A stretch of DNA of 64,000 nt from Rhizomicrobium sp. (GTDB lineage Bacteria > Pseudomonadota > Alphaproteobacteria > Micropepsales > Micropepsaceae): NCBI GenBank assembly GCA_035545475.1, contig DASZYI010000144.1, positions 15,306-79,305 of the forward strand, written 5' to 3'. The notes under the pieces are model-generated. The model saw only the letters and a list, made by a program, of their open reading frames with translations, was not told the DNA's origin and searched no databases. The position numbers and the translations under genes are program-made. Positions within the stretch are counted from its first letter, which is position 1. Each line of letters starts with the position of its first letter. Positions 30,428-40,020 of this stretch are shown here, in pieces.

Positions 30428-32656
30428 TTACATCTTATACCCAGCTCGGACTCCGATGACGCGGGGAGCATTTGCGATAACGAATACGTTCATGCCCGCC
30501 CCCGGATTCCCCGGATATTCGCGTTCGGCGACATACGCGTTCGTAAGATTTGTTCCGAATATTCCAAAAGACCAGACGCCGCCTTCTGGTTGATACATCA
30601 AAGAAGCATTCAGCAACGTGACTGGTGCTTGACTGATGTCCGGCTCATTCAATGCCGTGAAATAACGACGGCCGGCGAAGCTCACATTTACTGCAGGCGA
30701 TAATGTGCCCGAGTCGATGTGCCAATCGTATTGTGCGCCGACATTGAAGGTTATCGGCGCCGATGCCGGAAGCCGGTTGCCACGCAGCGGTTGCGCCGGC
30801 CCGCCTCGCAAGGAATCCACCTGCTCTCCCCGCAAGAAATGCGCGTCGAGAAACATGACTCCGGCATTCACGCTGAGGTCATCGGTAATCAGGGCATTTC
30901 CCTGGAGTTCGACGCCTTTCACAAGTGCAGATGCCGCGTTCTCGATAAGAACCTGGGCGGCGACATTCACATTTACCTGGAGGTCGGTGTAGTCATAGTT
31001 GAAGGCGCTCACGTTCAGCTGAACGCGGTTATCCCAAAACTCCGTCTTTGCACCAATTTCGTAGGCGGTGATTTTTTCGGGATTATACGGAGTGTTTTGC
31101 CCCAGATCACCGATATTGTAACCGCCGCTCTTAAACCCTTTGGACCATGATGCATACAACATCACTCCGTTGATCGGGCGGTACTTCAAGAGCGCGCGCG
31201 GGGTGAAGGAGTAAAATGTTTTGTCCGGAAGGGTGGTTATATTCGCAGTGTCGGGCGAGCCGATTCCCGACAAATCAAGAAGGCTGTTCTGCATGCCACC
31301 CTTTATTTCAACGCTATAACGCGCGCCGAAAGTGACATCGAGATTGTCCAGCAAAGAGTAGGTTGCGTCGCCGAAGGCTGCATAGGCGTTGGTCTTGTTT
31401 ACGCCGCCCAGGCGAAGAGGAGCAAGAACAGGCGGTATCGCGGTCCCCAATAGGAGTTGATGCTCGATGTCCTGACCTGCTTCATCTTGAAAATAATAAA
31501 AACCGGCCAAGCCATGGAACTTCTCGCCGTTGTAGAGGATCTGCAGTTCCTGGCTATATTGATCGGCGATTTCCTCGTCGAACTGAGCGGAAAGATACAC
31601 ATCGCTGGCGTCGAAATCGGAGCCATTGTGTTGCCCGGTGTGCCGATAGCCGGACAACGAGCGGAAAGTAAGTTCGTTGTTGATGGTCCAATCCAGAGTG
31701 GAAGATAGGCCATAAATCAGCGGCTGGTTTGCGTAGTATTGATCGGAATAATAAATCCGACGTCCCGGTCCAACGCCACGGCCACCATAGACAGTTACCC
31801 CCACAAGATCCTGGTCGGAAGTGAGGCCGACGAAATCGCCGAACGCGGCATGGTCATTGGCGTAATAAACATCGCCTTCGACATTCCATACCACATCGCT
31901 GCTCAAATCGGTGGCAACGCGCAATCTTGCAGAGATATCGTGCCGGTCACCTTCCGGCGAAGTGTTGTTGGAAGGATCGATGCGGGTGAAATAACCGCCA
32001 TGATCTTCCTTTGCTATTGCCAGTCTTGCCCGGATCTTTCCATCGTCGAACGGCGCATTTGCGACAACAGTTTCCTTTCCGCCCCAGGCGCCACCGTCGC
32101 CATTGTCAGAGATACGTGAGTACTCGGCAGACAAATTGAGCTCGTACCGATCGGTGGGCGCATTCGTGATCACGTTCACTGCACCAGCCGTCGCGTTTCT
32201 GCCGTAAAGCGTACCTTGAGGGCCTTCAACGACTTCTACCCGGTCTACATCCAGGAAGGCGCCGACAAGACCGCTGGGATGAGCGACATAAAATCCGTCG
32301 ATACTGGCCGCGATCGGCGATTCGAACGTACCTTGTGTAATCCCCGCATTGATACCGCGGATGTTGAGCTGAACGATTGCGCGCCCCTCGGCAACAGTCA
32401 GCCCGGGTGCCAGCGCGGGAAGATCACCGAAGCTCGAGATGTGATAGGCTTCCAATTGTTTTGCGGTAATCGCAGATACGCTCGCGGGAACGTCTTGTAC
32501 GTTTTCGGTGCGCTTTTGGGCCGTAACCACGACCGTTTCGATGCCTTCCACGGTTGGTGCGTCCTGCGCACACGCGGGAAGTGCTGATCCAAGCGAACCA
32601 ATACTGATTATTCCAGACGCCAAGCCAATGGATGCAGCCAATTTTCCTGCCTTCAT
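30428..32656 (-). CDS. TonB-dependent receptor 1
   Basis: Signal peptide, ETVVVTAQKR, RVEVVEGPQGTLYGRNATAGAVN, C-terminal beta-strand; GGGGAGG SD. Confidence 0.93.
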   Translation of the reverse strand: MKAGKLAASIGLASGIISIGSLGSALPACAQDAPTVEGIETVVVTAQKRTENVQDVPASVSAITAKQLEAYHISSFGDLPALAPGLTVAEGRAIVQLNIRGINAGITQGTFESPIAASIDGFYVAHPSGLVGAFLDVDRVEVVEGPQGTLYGRNATAGAVNVITNAPTDRYELNLSAEYSRISDNGDGGAWGGKETVVANAPFDDGKIRARLAIAKEDHGGYFTRIDPSNNTSPEGDRHDISARLRVATDLSSDVVWNVEGDVYYANDHAAFGDFVGLTSDQDLVGVTVYGGRGVGPGRRIYYSDQYYANQPLIYGLSSTLDWTINNELTFRSLSGYRHTGQHNGSDFDASDVYLSAQFDEEIADQYSQELQILYNGEKFHGLAGFYYFQDEAGQDIEHQLLLGTAIPPVLAPLRLGGVNKTNAYAAFGDATYSLLDNLDVTFGARYSVEIKGGMQNSLLDLSGIGSPDTANITTLPDKTFYSFTPRALLKYRPINGVMLYASWSKGFKSGGYNIGDLGQNTPYNPEKITAYEIGAKTEFWDNRVQLNVSAFNYDYTDLQVNVNVAAQVLIENAASALVKGVELQGNALITDDLSVNAGVMFLDAHFLRGEQVDSLRGGPAQPLRGNRLPASAPITFNVGAQYDWHIDSGTLSPAVNVSFAGRRYFTALNEPDISQAPVTLLNASLMYQPEGGVWSFGIFGTNLTNAYVAEREYPGNPGAGMNVFVIANAPRVIGVRAGYKM

Positions 32657-32715
32657 GACAACCTCCCCTGCGTACATGGCATCGCGCCTGTTCGCTTTTG
32701 GTGACGCTATTGTTA

Positions 32716-32762
32716 TGCGCTCAATTATGATGAAATTTGATCGCGTTTTCCGGCGTTGTCAA
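32716..32762 (-). promoter_or_regulatory. Degenerate operator A (TGCGCTCAA-N12-TTGATCGCG) overlapping the -10 region of a TTGACA promoter for the TBDR1 operon
   Basis: 6/9 and 6/9 match to TCCGATCTA-N12-TAGATCGGA; same 12-nt spacer and nearly the same distance to TTGACA as at 36890. Confidence 0.5.
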
Positions 32763-32872
32763 CGGTCACCCCAGATATAAATACCCAAATTTGCGACTTA
32801 CAGGGTGCAGCACCTTAACTGCCACAAGACCTTAACGGTCAGGCATATCCAGAACGATTGCGATTTCCTGGC

Positions 32873-33652
32873 TCATTTGGCGGTGCTGCCCCCATCAATA
32901 GTGAGGACCGTGCCGGTGCAATAAGATGCTTCTTCGGACGCCAGGTAGAGGCAACCATAAGCAATCTCCAACGCAGATGCGGCCCGCCCCAATGGAATTG
33001 CCCTATAGGCTTTTCGCGGATCGTCGAAATATGAGCGTTGAGCACCCAGCATCGGCGTATCGATTGCACCTGGCGCTACCACATTCGCCCGGATGCCATC
33101 CCGCGCGTAGGTGACTGCGATCGAGCGCGTAAGATTGATGACGCCGGCCTTGGCAGCGGTATACGTATGGGCGGCTTCGAGGCCCTGGAAACCAAGGATG
33201 CTGGCGACGTTTACGATCGCACCGCCACCGTTGTTTCTCATCTGAATGATAGCAGCACGATTTACCTGGTAGCAGCCGTCCAGATTGATCCGGATGATCT
33301 CGCGCCACTTTTCCGCGGAGGTTTCGGCAATGCCATTCATCGAGCCGGGGCTTTTCTCTGCCCAACTGAAGCCGACCGCGGCAGCGTGAACGAGCACATC
33401 AAGCCTGCCGAACAAACCTGCGGTCACTGCAACTACGTCTTCGGCCGCGCCATCGACGCTGATATCCGCACTTGATACTTTTGCGCAGCCGCCAGCGTCT
33501 TCTATCAAACCTTTTGTCTCCTCAAGCGTTGCGACGGTGCGCCCAACAAGCATGATCTTTGCGCCTTCGCGCGCGAACAATTTGGATACTTCGCGTCCGA
33601 CTCCGGACCCGGCACCGGTAACAAAAGCCACTTTTCCGTCGAGCCTACCCAC
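32873..33652 (-). CDS. Short-chain dehydrogenase/reductase
   Basis: VTGAGSGVG, NVASI, YTAAKAG, ANVVAPG; GTG start overlapping the P450 stop. Confidence 0.92.
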   Translation of the reverse strand: MGRLDGKVAFVTGAGSGVGREVSKLFAREGAKIMLVGRTVATLEETKGLIEDAGGCAKVSSADISVDGAAEDVVAVTAGLFGRLDVLVHAAAVGFSWAEKSPGSMNGIAETSAEKWREIIRINLDGCYQVNRAAIIQMRNNGGGAIVNVASILGFQGLEAAHTYTAAKAGVINLTRSIAVTYARDGIRANVVAPGAIDTPMLGAQRSYFDDPRKAYRAIPLGRAASALEIAYGCLYLASEEASYCTGTVLTIDGGSTAK

Positions 33653-34935
33653 TATTCGCTTCCCGCCCGCTCCGCATGCCCGGCGGCCACTCGGGGCGAA
33701 AAACGAACGTTCATTGCCGTGTAGCGAACAAGGGTGTGAAGCGGCCAATACTCAAATTGGTCCTGTAAAATCTCGATTTCAAAACGCTCGAAAGCCTGGC
33801 GGATGAAAATGCCAAGTTCCATCTTGGCCAACATCATGCCGATGCAAATATGCGCGCCGTGGCCAAAGGTTTTTGCTTGAATGGCATTCTTCCTATCTAT
33901 TCGAATGCTGCATGGTTCATCAAAAATGGCGGGGTCGGTGTTCGCTGCCATCAAACCGAGATAGACCAAATCGCCTTTCTTCAAATTCTGGGAATGCCAT
34001 TCGAAATCTTCGGCAACGATCCTGGTTTGCGCCACAGTCACGCCTGGATATCTCCAGAGCTCCGTAAGCGTCTTGTCGAAATCAGCCTGCGGCCCGCGCA
34101 CAGCCCCAACAAGTTCGGGCCGTCGAGCGATCCAATTGACGAAGATCGCGCTTGTCGACGCCGTGCTATCGAAGCCGCCGGCAACCAATATGATGACGGC
34201 CGCAAGCAGTTCCTCGTGTGTCAGCCTTTTCTCCGCGTCCCTCGCCAGTACAAGCGCCGTCAAAAGGTCGGAACTCAGCTGCTCCTTGGGGGTTGCTTCG
34301 ATTTTGGCGATGAAGCTGCTTAGCAGTTCGAAGAATTCCGCCAGTTTTCGTTCAAGCGAAGCAATGACTGTCAACGATGGCGCCTGCATTCCCTGAAAAT
34401 GGACGAAGAGAGACGAGAGATCGGTGAGGTTTTGCCAGTAAGAGTCGGGCAGACCAAGAATCCGCAATGTGACAAGCCCCGGCAAGCGATACGCGATATC
34501 CATAAAATCGAATTCGCGCATGTTCTCGCACTCGTCGAGCAGCTCTGTGACGACTTGTGCAGTCACAACCCGCATCCGATCGATTACCGGCTTTGAGAAG
34601 GCCTTTACGATGAGGGGCCTGATACGCGCATGGTCGAGCCCGTCAAGATTGTTGATGGTTGTCGGCATAAAACGAAAAACCAGCGGATATCGGTCGGCTT
34701 CCGTGCTGGCTTCCGTCGACGCGGCATCGTTGCGTTGTGAGGAGAGGCGTCGATCCATAAAGCCGGCAATGACGTCGTCATATGTCGTCACCATCCAGGC
34801 CTTCTGGATGGTGCTCCAGAATATGGGGCTGTGTTCACGGACCCGCGCAAAGCTTCCCCACGGATCGCGGAGCGCTTCCTGAGAGACAATCATAAAATCG
34901 GGGTCGAGCTTCGCTTCAACGATCGAGACGCTCAT
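33652..34935 (-). CDS. Cytochrome P450
   Basis: DHARIR, I-helix AGGFDST, ELWR (ExxR), FGHGAHICIG heme-Cys motif. Confidence 0.93.
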   Translation of the reverse strand: MSVSIVEAKLDPDFMIVSQEALRDPWGSFARVREHSPIFWSTIQKAWMVTTYDDVIAGFMDRRLSSQRNDAASTEASTEADRYPLVFRFMPTTINNLDGLDHARIRPLIVKAFSKPVIDRMRVVTAQVVTELLDECENMREFDFMDIAYRLPGLVTLRILGLPDSYWQNLTDLSSLFVHFQGMQAPSLTVIASLERKLAEFFELLSSFIAKIEATPKEQLSSDLLTALVLARDAEKRLTHEELLAAVIILVAGGFDSTASTSAIFVNWIARRPELVGAVRGPQADFDKTLTELWRYPGVTVAQTRIVAEDFEWHSQNLKKGDLVYLGLMAANTDPAIFDEPCSIRIDRKNAIQAKTFGHGAHICIGMMLAKMELGIFIRQAFERFEIEILQDQFEYWPLHTLVRYTAMNVRFSPRVAAGHAERAGSE

Positions 34936-35067
34936 ATAGCCTCCCTGATTGCGTTTACCGAGCTATCATCAGCCGGGACTCACCGGCTGCGGGCATTGGT
35001 TTGGGTGCGTTGACGTGCCGAAAACCTCAGCCGCTGTCCGACAGCCTGGGCTCGGCAACGCAACTCC

Positions 35068-36801
35068 TCATTCTGCCGCTAGCAAATCGTCTCCCCGATC
35101 GCGTCGTCCGCCGCCGTGACGCAGAAGATCGCCGGAATGGGTGTTTGTTTCCTTGTCGTCGCGGATGGTCACTTCGCCGTTTACAAGAATGAAGCGATAG
35201 CCGGAGGCGCGCTGAATCCTGCGCCATTCGCCGCCCGGTTGATCGCGCGCGATCTCATCGTCCACCACATGAAGCTTTTCATAGTCGTAAACAACGACGT
35301 CGGCCGGCGCCCCCTCAACCAACGTACCCCGCTCGCGGAAGCCGGCAACCAGTGCAGGAAGCGTGGACAACCGCCAATGCGCTTCTTCCAAGGAAATTAC
35401 GTCGTTTTCCCGAACAAAGCGGACAATCGTTTCGGTGGGGAATCTTCCACCTGTCAGGAACCGCGTATGCGCACCGCCGTCCGAGACGCCGAAGATCACA
35501 AACGGGTCCTGCACGATCTCTTTCAAGTACTTCAGGTTGTTGCGCGCGCGGTCGCCCTGGAATTCGGTTTGAAGATCTTCCTCGACGGCAATATCCAGCA
35601 TCACATCGACCGGATGTTTGCCCGTTTCTTTCGCGATATGTGCGAGCGTGTAATCCCGCCACTTCTCGTTTTTCTCGGTTTTGGGTCCGATAAGAACAAT
35701 TTCTCCAAACACCGGAATGACCGTCTTTGGCACCTCGCGCAAAGCTGCGCGTCTGGCTGGATCCGCCATCTTCGCCTTGCGCTCTTCGAACGTTCCAAGT
35801 GTGGCATCCTTCCACGCCTCGGAGTCATCGAACATGTTCCACTCGTCCAGCTTAAACATCCACGGCGCGGCGACTGTATCGCCCTGGCCGACTACGCGAA
35901 TGCCACGATCGCGACAACTTTTCAGCCACGCCAGCGTATCGCGATGAATGGAAGCATCTGAATCGTTCCATCCAACGACATTCATCACCACAGGCCGTCC
36001 CGAAACAGTGGCCAGATCTTCTATATGCTTGCGATCATGACCCGGATCGGGTGACAACAACGTCATCTGGATAAAGCCGTCATTGCGCTTGCGCAGCACT
36101 TTGGCCATCTCGATCGCCGTTTCGTCATGCATCACGTCGGTGACCATAGGCGTACCGTCGTGGTCGTTCTGCTGGCCGCCTGGATTTCCAGGAACCAGGC
36201 GCTGGGCCGACCACCCGCATGCGCCGGCATCCATTGCTTGATTGAGAAGGCGCCCCATTTCCGCATGTTCGGCGGGCGTAGGCATTCTGCCGGCCTTTGC
36301 ATCCTTCAGGCCCATAACCCAGATCATCAAAGGACCGAGCGGCACGTAGGGAAGGATATTCACCGATTTCGGTGTGCGTTCGATGGAGTCGAGAAACTCC
36401 GGAAAAGTGACCCAATCCCAAGGCATGCCCGCCTTCATCGCGGCAAGCGGTATGGCTTCGACCCGGGTCATGGAGAGCATCGCATATTCACGCTCTTCAG
36501 GCTTCACGGGCGCAAAGCCGAAGCCACAATTCCCGATCACAACGGACGTGACACCGTGCCAGCCGGAGATCGTGCAATACGGGTCCCAAAAGACTTGGGA
36601 ATCGTAATGCGTGTGCAGATCCACGAAACCAGGCGCAACGATCAGGCCTGAAGCATCGAGAATTTCGCCGGCGTCGCTTTCATCGATGCTGCCGATCTTG
36701 GCGATCAGACCGTTGCTTATGCCGATGTCGCCACGGAACCGCGGCTGCCGCGTGCCGTCAACAATGATGCCGTTTTTGATTACGCGATCGTATTTCGCCA
36801 C
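35068..36801 (-). CDS. Amidohydrolase, N-acyl-D-amino-acid deacylase-like
   Basis: PGFVDLHTHYD, HGVTSVVIGNCG, SDGGAH, GAPADVVVYD. Confidence 0.9.
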   Translation of the reverse strand: MAKYDRVIKNGIIVDGTRQPRFRGDIGISNGLIAKIGSIDESDAGEILDASGLIVAPGFVDLHTHYDSQVFWDPYCTISGWHGVTSVVIGNCGFGFAPVKPEEREYAMLSMTRVEAIPLAAMKAGMPWDWVTFPEFLDSIERTPKSVNILPYVPLGPLMIWVMGLKDAKAGRMPTPAEHAEMGRLLNQAMDAGACGWSAQRLVPGNPGGQQNDHDGTPMVTDVMHDETAIEMAKVLRKRNDGFIQMTLLSPDPGHDRKHIEDLATVSGRPVVMNVVGWNDSDASIHRDTLAWLKSCRDRGIRVVGQGDTVAAPWMFKLDEWNMFDDSEAWKDATLGTFEERKAKMADPARRAALREVPKTVIPVFGEIVLIGPKTEKNEKWRDYTLAHIAKETGKHPVDVMLDIAVEEDLQTEFQGDRARNNLKYLKEIVQDPFVIFGVSDGGAHTRFLTGGRFPTETIVRFVRENDVISLEEAHWRLSTLPALVAGFRERGTLVEGAPADVVVYDYEKLHVVDDEIARDQPGGEWRRIQRASGYRFILVNGEVTIRDDKETNTHSGDLLRHGGGRRDRGDDLLAAE

Positions 36802-36886
36802 TTGCTTGTCCTCCCAATGCGGAGCCGCTCCTGCGCCTCCTAGCCTTTGGCGGGGCGCCAGCTTTTGCTTGGTTTGCCGGCAAAAT

Positions 36887-36935
36887 TTTTCCGACCTATT
36901 TATAAGAAAATAGATCGGAAAATATGAGGTGTCAA
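36887..36935 (-). promoter_or_regulatory. Operator A (TCCGACCTA-N12-TAGATCGGA) overlapping promoter TTGACA-N17-TATTTT of the deacylase-P450-SDR operon
   Basis: 14/15-bp inverted repeat 36887-36901/36908-36922; minus-strand TTGACA at 36935-36930. Confidence 0.75.
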
Positions 36936-37057
36936 GGAGGGAAGAATCATTGTAAGTCCTCTGCGGACAATCTGAGATTGGGATTCACGGGTCTGGTAAT
37001 GAGCTTGGCATATGCAAGCGGTAAGGCTAATTTCTAGGCGCGCAGCCCGGATCTCAA

Positions 37058-37642
37058 ATGCTAAAAAGACCCGCCAAAACAAAGACTCTCAGCCGGAGTC
37101 CGAAACGCGCCGCTGCCAGTTCGTCGCGCCCCAAAGCCAAATCGGTTCCGCAATACACTTTCGTACGGGAGACGTCGGCACCGAAGGCGCTGGCGTTGGA
37201 CGAACTCGATTACAACATCCTTTCGGCGCTGCGCGAAAACGGAAGAATGCAGAACACGACAATGGCCGAAGAATTTGGCGTTTCAGAACTCACCATTGCC
37301 ACACGTCTTCGACGCCTGACGGAAAACGGCGTTGTCAGGGCGACGGCACAGTGGGATTTCGCTTCGCTCGGATATCAGGAAGTCATGTTCGTCGACATCT
37401 ACGTGCGCGATCGACTTGTCGAAGACGTCGCAGCGGACATCGGCAAACTGGAAGATTCGATAGTGATATTGGGATTGGTGGGGGAGCCCCAACTCAAGGT
37501 AATGGTTGCTGCACGGGATTTTCAGCACCGGCACGATCTGCTTTTCGGCTCCATTGCAAAAATTCCCGGCATATCGAGAACGGACATTACGATTTGTCTC
37601 GACATCGAGAAATGGCGGGCTGATTACGTTCTCGTGCTATGA
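37058..37642 (+). CDS. Lrp/AsnC-family regulator 1
   Basis: LDELDYNILSALRENGR...FGVSELTIATRLRRL HTH plus RAM-like C-terminal domain. Confidence 0.88.
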   Translation: MLKRPAKTKTLSRSPKRAAASSSRPKAKSVPQYTFVRETSAPKALALDELDYNILSALRENGRMQNTTMAEEFGVSELTIATRLRRLTENGVVRATAQWDFASLGYQEVMFVDIYVRDRLVEDVAADIGKLEDSIVILGLVGEPQLKVMVAARDFQHRHDLLFGSIAKIPGISRTDITICLDIEKWRADYVLVL

Positions 37643-38103
37643 AGAAGATATCAGAGCTAGACCACAAAATCGTTCAAGCCCTCTCCCAAGACGCTAGAAA
37701 AAGCAATCGGGAAATCGCGCGGGAAATCGGCATTTCTGACACCTACGTCAGAAAACGGCTGCTTCGCTTGCAGGAAAACGGCGCCATCCGCATCGGCAGC
37801 GTGAGTGCGATCTTGAATCTTGGCTTGAATTTTGTTGCTGAGGTCATGGTCGCAGTTCGACCCAGCGGCGTTTCCGATTTCATCGCGCTGGCCAGCAAAA
37901 TCGAAGGCATCACCTTGATTGCGAAAATCAGCGGCAAATATGACGTTCTGCTATCGGTGACAGTCCGCAACATAGAGGAATTCGAAGGCATACTCGCCAA
38001 TCAAATCCGATCGCATCCCGATGTCCTGGACATCGCCTATCACATCGTGAAGACCGTTTATAAGCATCGCTCAGACATCGCAGCCATTCGCGAACCCAAG
38101 TAG
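37639..38103 (+). CDS. Lrp/AsnC-family regulator 2
   Basis: SELDHKIVQALSQDARKSNREIAREIGIS...RKRLLRL, SGKYDVLL; ATGA-coupled to regulator 1. Confidence 0.9.
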   Translation: MKKISELDHKIVQALSQDARKSNREIAREIGISDTYVRKRLLRLQENGAIRIGSVSAILNLGLNFVAEVMVAVRPSGVSDFIALASKIEGITLIAKISGKYDVLLSVTVRNIEEFEGILANQIRSHPDVLDIAYHIVKTVYKHRSDIAAIREPK

Positions 38104-38136
38104 GCAGACAACAGGACGCGCGGGGAGGACTTCTCT

Positions 38137-39033
38137 TTACCCGCGAACTTTCGGTACTCCCACCCGATAGACGGCCTCACCAGGGCGCAGCGCATGATCA
38201 ATGCGCAGCGACAGATTTGAGATCGCAGCACTATCTTCAATGTCGGCGTAAGCCACGTCAGGCTTCTTGGCGTTAGCGGCATAGGAATCCGCCCCCTGAC
38301 GGCGTTGCGGTCTCCTGGTCTTTTTGACGTCATCACCGATAAACCGGAGCGTTAAACTGCGGCGGCGCATCCCGGCGGCCGTCGGAGCTCCGCCGTGCAG
38401 CGCATTGGAATGAAAAGCCAAAATATCGCCCCGTTTAATCGGCCAGGATACAATATCCCATTTGTCGCGCTCCTTTTCGATGTTTGGAAGACGCGGCAGG
38501 TCGTCTTCGGAGTACAGCGGAAGGGTATCGTCATCTATATCCATCGCGGTGCCGTTAAATATCTTACCCTTGAAAGACCCTCTAACGACGTCGAGCGAGT
38601 TTTCTTTTTTGAGATCGTCCAACGGAATCCAAAGGACCACGGATTTGGGACCCTCGAACGGATAATAGGATGAATCCTGATGCCAAGGCGTGCGCCTCGC
38701 GGCACCACCTTCCTTGAGCCATACCTGTTCTTCCAAGTACCAAACATCGTCGGAATCAAACAGCGCCGCCACAACTGCTGTTAACGGCGTTTCAAACAAC
38801 ATCTGCTGAAAGCTCGGCGCCGCGACGGAATTTCCCGTTGCTTGTAAAATCGTGGCGCCCAATTCAGGGTAAAACATCTCGGCAGATTTACCCGCGTTCT
38901 GCAATTTCCAAGTGAATGCGTCTTCGACAACCTGCATATGCTGTGGAGCCAAAGCCTGCTCCAAAAACACCACACCATCGCGAAGAAATGGTTCGCGATG
39001 CGAGGCATATAGGCTTGCATTGCCCTGCTTCAT
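38137..39033 (-). CDS. Fe(II)/2-oxoglutarate dioxygenase, PhyH family
   Basis: TPWHQDSSY (HxD), distal H in ALHGG, RRSLTLRF. Confidence 0.9.
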   Translation of the reverse strand: MKQGNASLYASHREPFLRDGVVFLEQALAPQHMQVVEDAFTWKLQNAGKSAEMFYPELGATILQATGNSVAAPSFQQMLFETPLTAVVAALFDSDDVWYLEEQVWLKEGGAARRTPWHQDSSYYPFEGPKSVVLWIPLDDLKKENSLDVVRGSFKGKIFNGTAMDIDDDTLPLYSEDDLPRLPNIEKERDKWDIVSWPIKRGDILAFHSNALHGGAPTAAGMRRRSLTLRFIGDDVKKTRRPQRRQGADSYAANAKKPDVAYADIEDSAAISNLSLRIDHALRPGEAVYRVGVPKVRG

Positions 39034-39110
39034 AAGAATTCTCCCCGATCGCAGTGTTTGTACCGTCCAAAATCGACTTATTTCATCAGATTAATATCAA
39101 AGATTTTCAT

Positions 39111-39155
39111 TTGTCCATTGTTATCCGATCTAATATACTATTTTTAGATCGGATA
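39111..39155 (+). promoter_or_regulatory. Promoter TTGTCC-N17-TATACT enclosed by perfect operator A (TATCCGATCTAA-N10-TTAGATCGGATA)
   Basis: 12-bp perfect inverted repeat 39122-39133/39144-39155 with the -10 hexamer in its spacer. Confidence 0.8.
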
Positions 39156-39160
39156 CTGCG

Positions 39161-39934
39161 ATGGCATCCATGGGGCTTCTGAACAATCGGGTGATATTGA
39201 TCACCGGCACGAGCTCCGGCATTGGTCGAGCATCAGCAATACGTTGCGCGGCGGAAGGCGCCATTGTCGTGGCGACATCGCGACGAGAAGAGCGCGGCAG
39301 TCTGTTGGTGGACGAAATCCAATCGTCTGGCGGAAAAGCTCGATTCATTCGGGCAGATCTATCTGATCCAAATAGCCTCGATGAGCTCTTTGCCCTGGTC
39401 AGCAACGATTATGGACGGTTGGACGGCGCATTCAACAATGCAGGTATTAGAGGCAATCCACACGCCGTTGCAGATTTCCCGGTGGGAGAATTCGATGCCG
39501 TCTTCGACACCAACGTGCGGGGAACCTGGTTGTGTATGCGGCATGAGATGAAAATGATGCGCCAGCAGGGACACGGCGCAATTGTGAATACATCATCAAT
39601 CGCAGGGCTCGTGGCCGTTCCAGACTCGTCGGTTTATGTCGCTGCAAAGCATGCGGTTATCGGAATGACAAAGGCAGCGAGCCTCGATGCCGCCGCTCTT
39701 CCGATCCGTGTAAACTGCATTGCGCCTGGCGTCGTCTATTCAGAGATGCTTGAAGAATGGCTTCAGGGTTTACCCGAAGCGGATAGAGATCCAGGAAAAA
39801 TCTTGCCCATTCCCATGAAGCGCGCCGGAAACCCAGAAGAAATCGCGTCGTTGGCAGTTTGGCTACTCTCGGATGAAACCAGCTATATGACAGGCGCCGT
39901 TGTGGTTGCGGATGGTGGTCTGACGGTTTCATAG
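39161..39934 (+). CDS. Short-chain dehydrogenase/reductase
   Basis: ITGTSSGIG, AFNNAG, NTSS, YVAAKHA, VNCIAPG. Confidence 0.92.
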   Translation: MASMGLLNNRVILITGTSSGIGRASAIRCAAEGAIVVATSRREERGSLLVDEIQSSGGKARFIRADLSDPNSLDELFALVSNDYGRLDGAFNNAGIRGNPHAVADFPVGEFDAVFDTNVRGTWLCMRHEMKMMRQQGHGAIVNTSSIAGLVAVPDSSVYVAAKHAVIGMTKAASLDAAALPIRVNCIAPGVVYSEMLEEWLQGLPEADRDPGKILPIPMKRAGNPEEIASLAVWLLSDETSYMTGAVVVADGGLTVS

Positions 39935-40020
39935 CATCCTTCATCAGGCGAATACTTCCAAATGCCCATGACGCGGCTCGCTCAACGACCTACGTTGGAA
40001 CACAGCCTTGGACTGCTATG

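Noticed and set aside
32873-33748. N-terminal extensions given by the ORF track for the SDR (33748), acoA (48415), reductase (5630) and addA (10948)
   Set aside because: Extensions overlap neighbouring genes or promoters; downstream starts fit SD sites, gene coupling and family length
37058-38103. Lrp-fold pair as siroheme decarboxylase (AhbAB/NirDLGH)
   Set aside because: No HCY-type motif and no heme-biosynthesis context; both proteins have normal DNA-binding HTHs
39072-39101. Fourth copy of operator A upstream of the PhyH gene
   Set aside because: Only 5/9 and 5/9 matches; not distinguishable from chance
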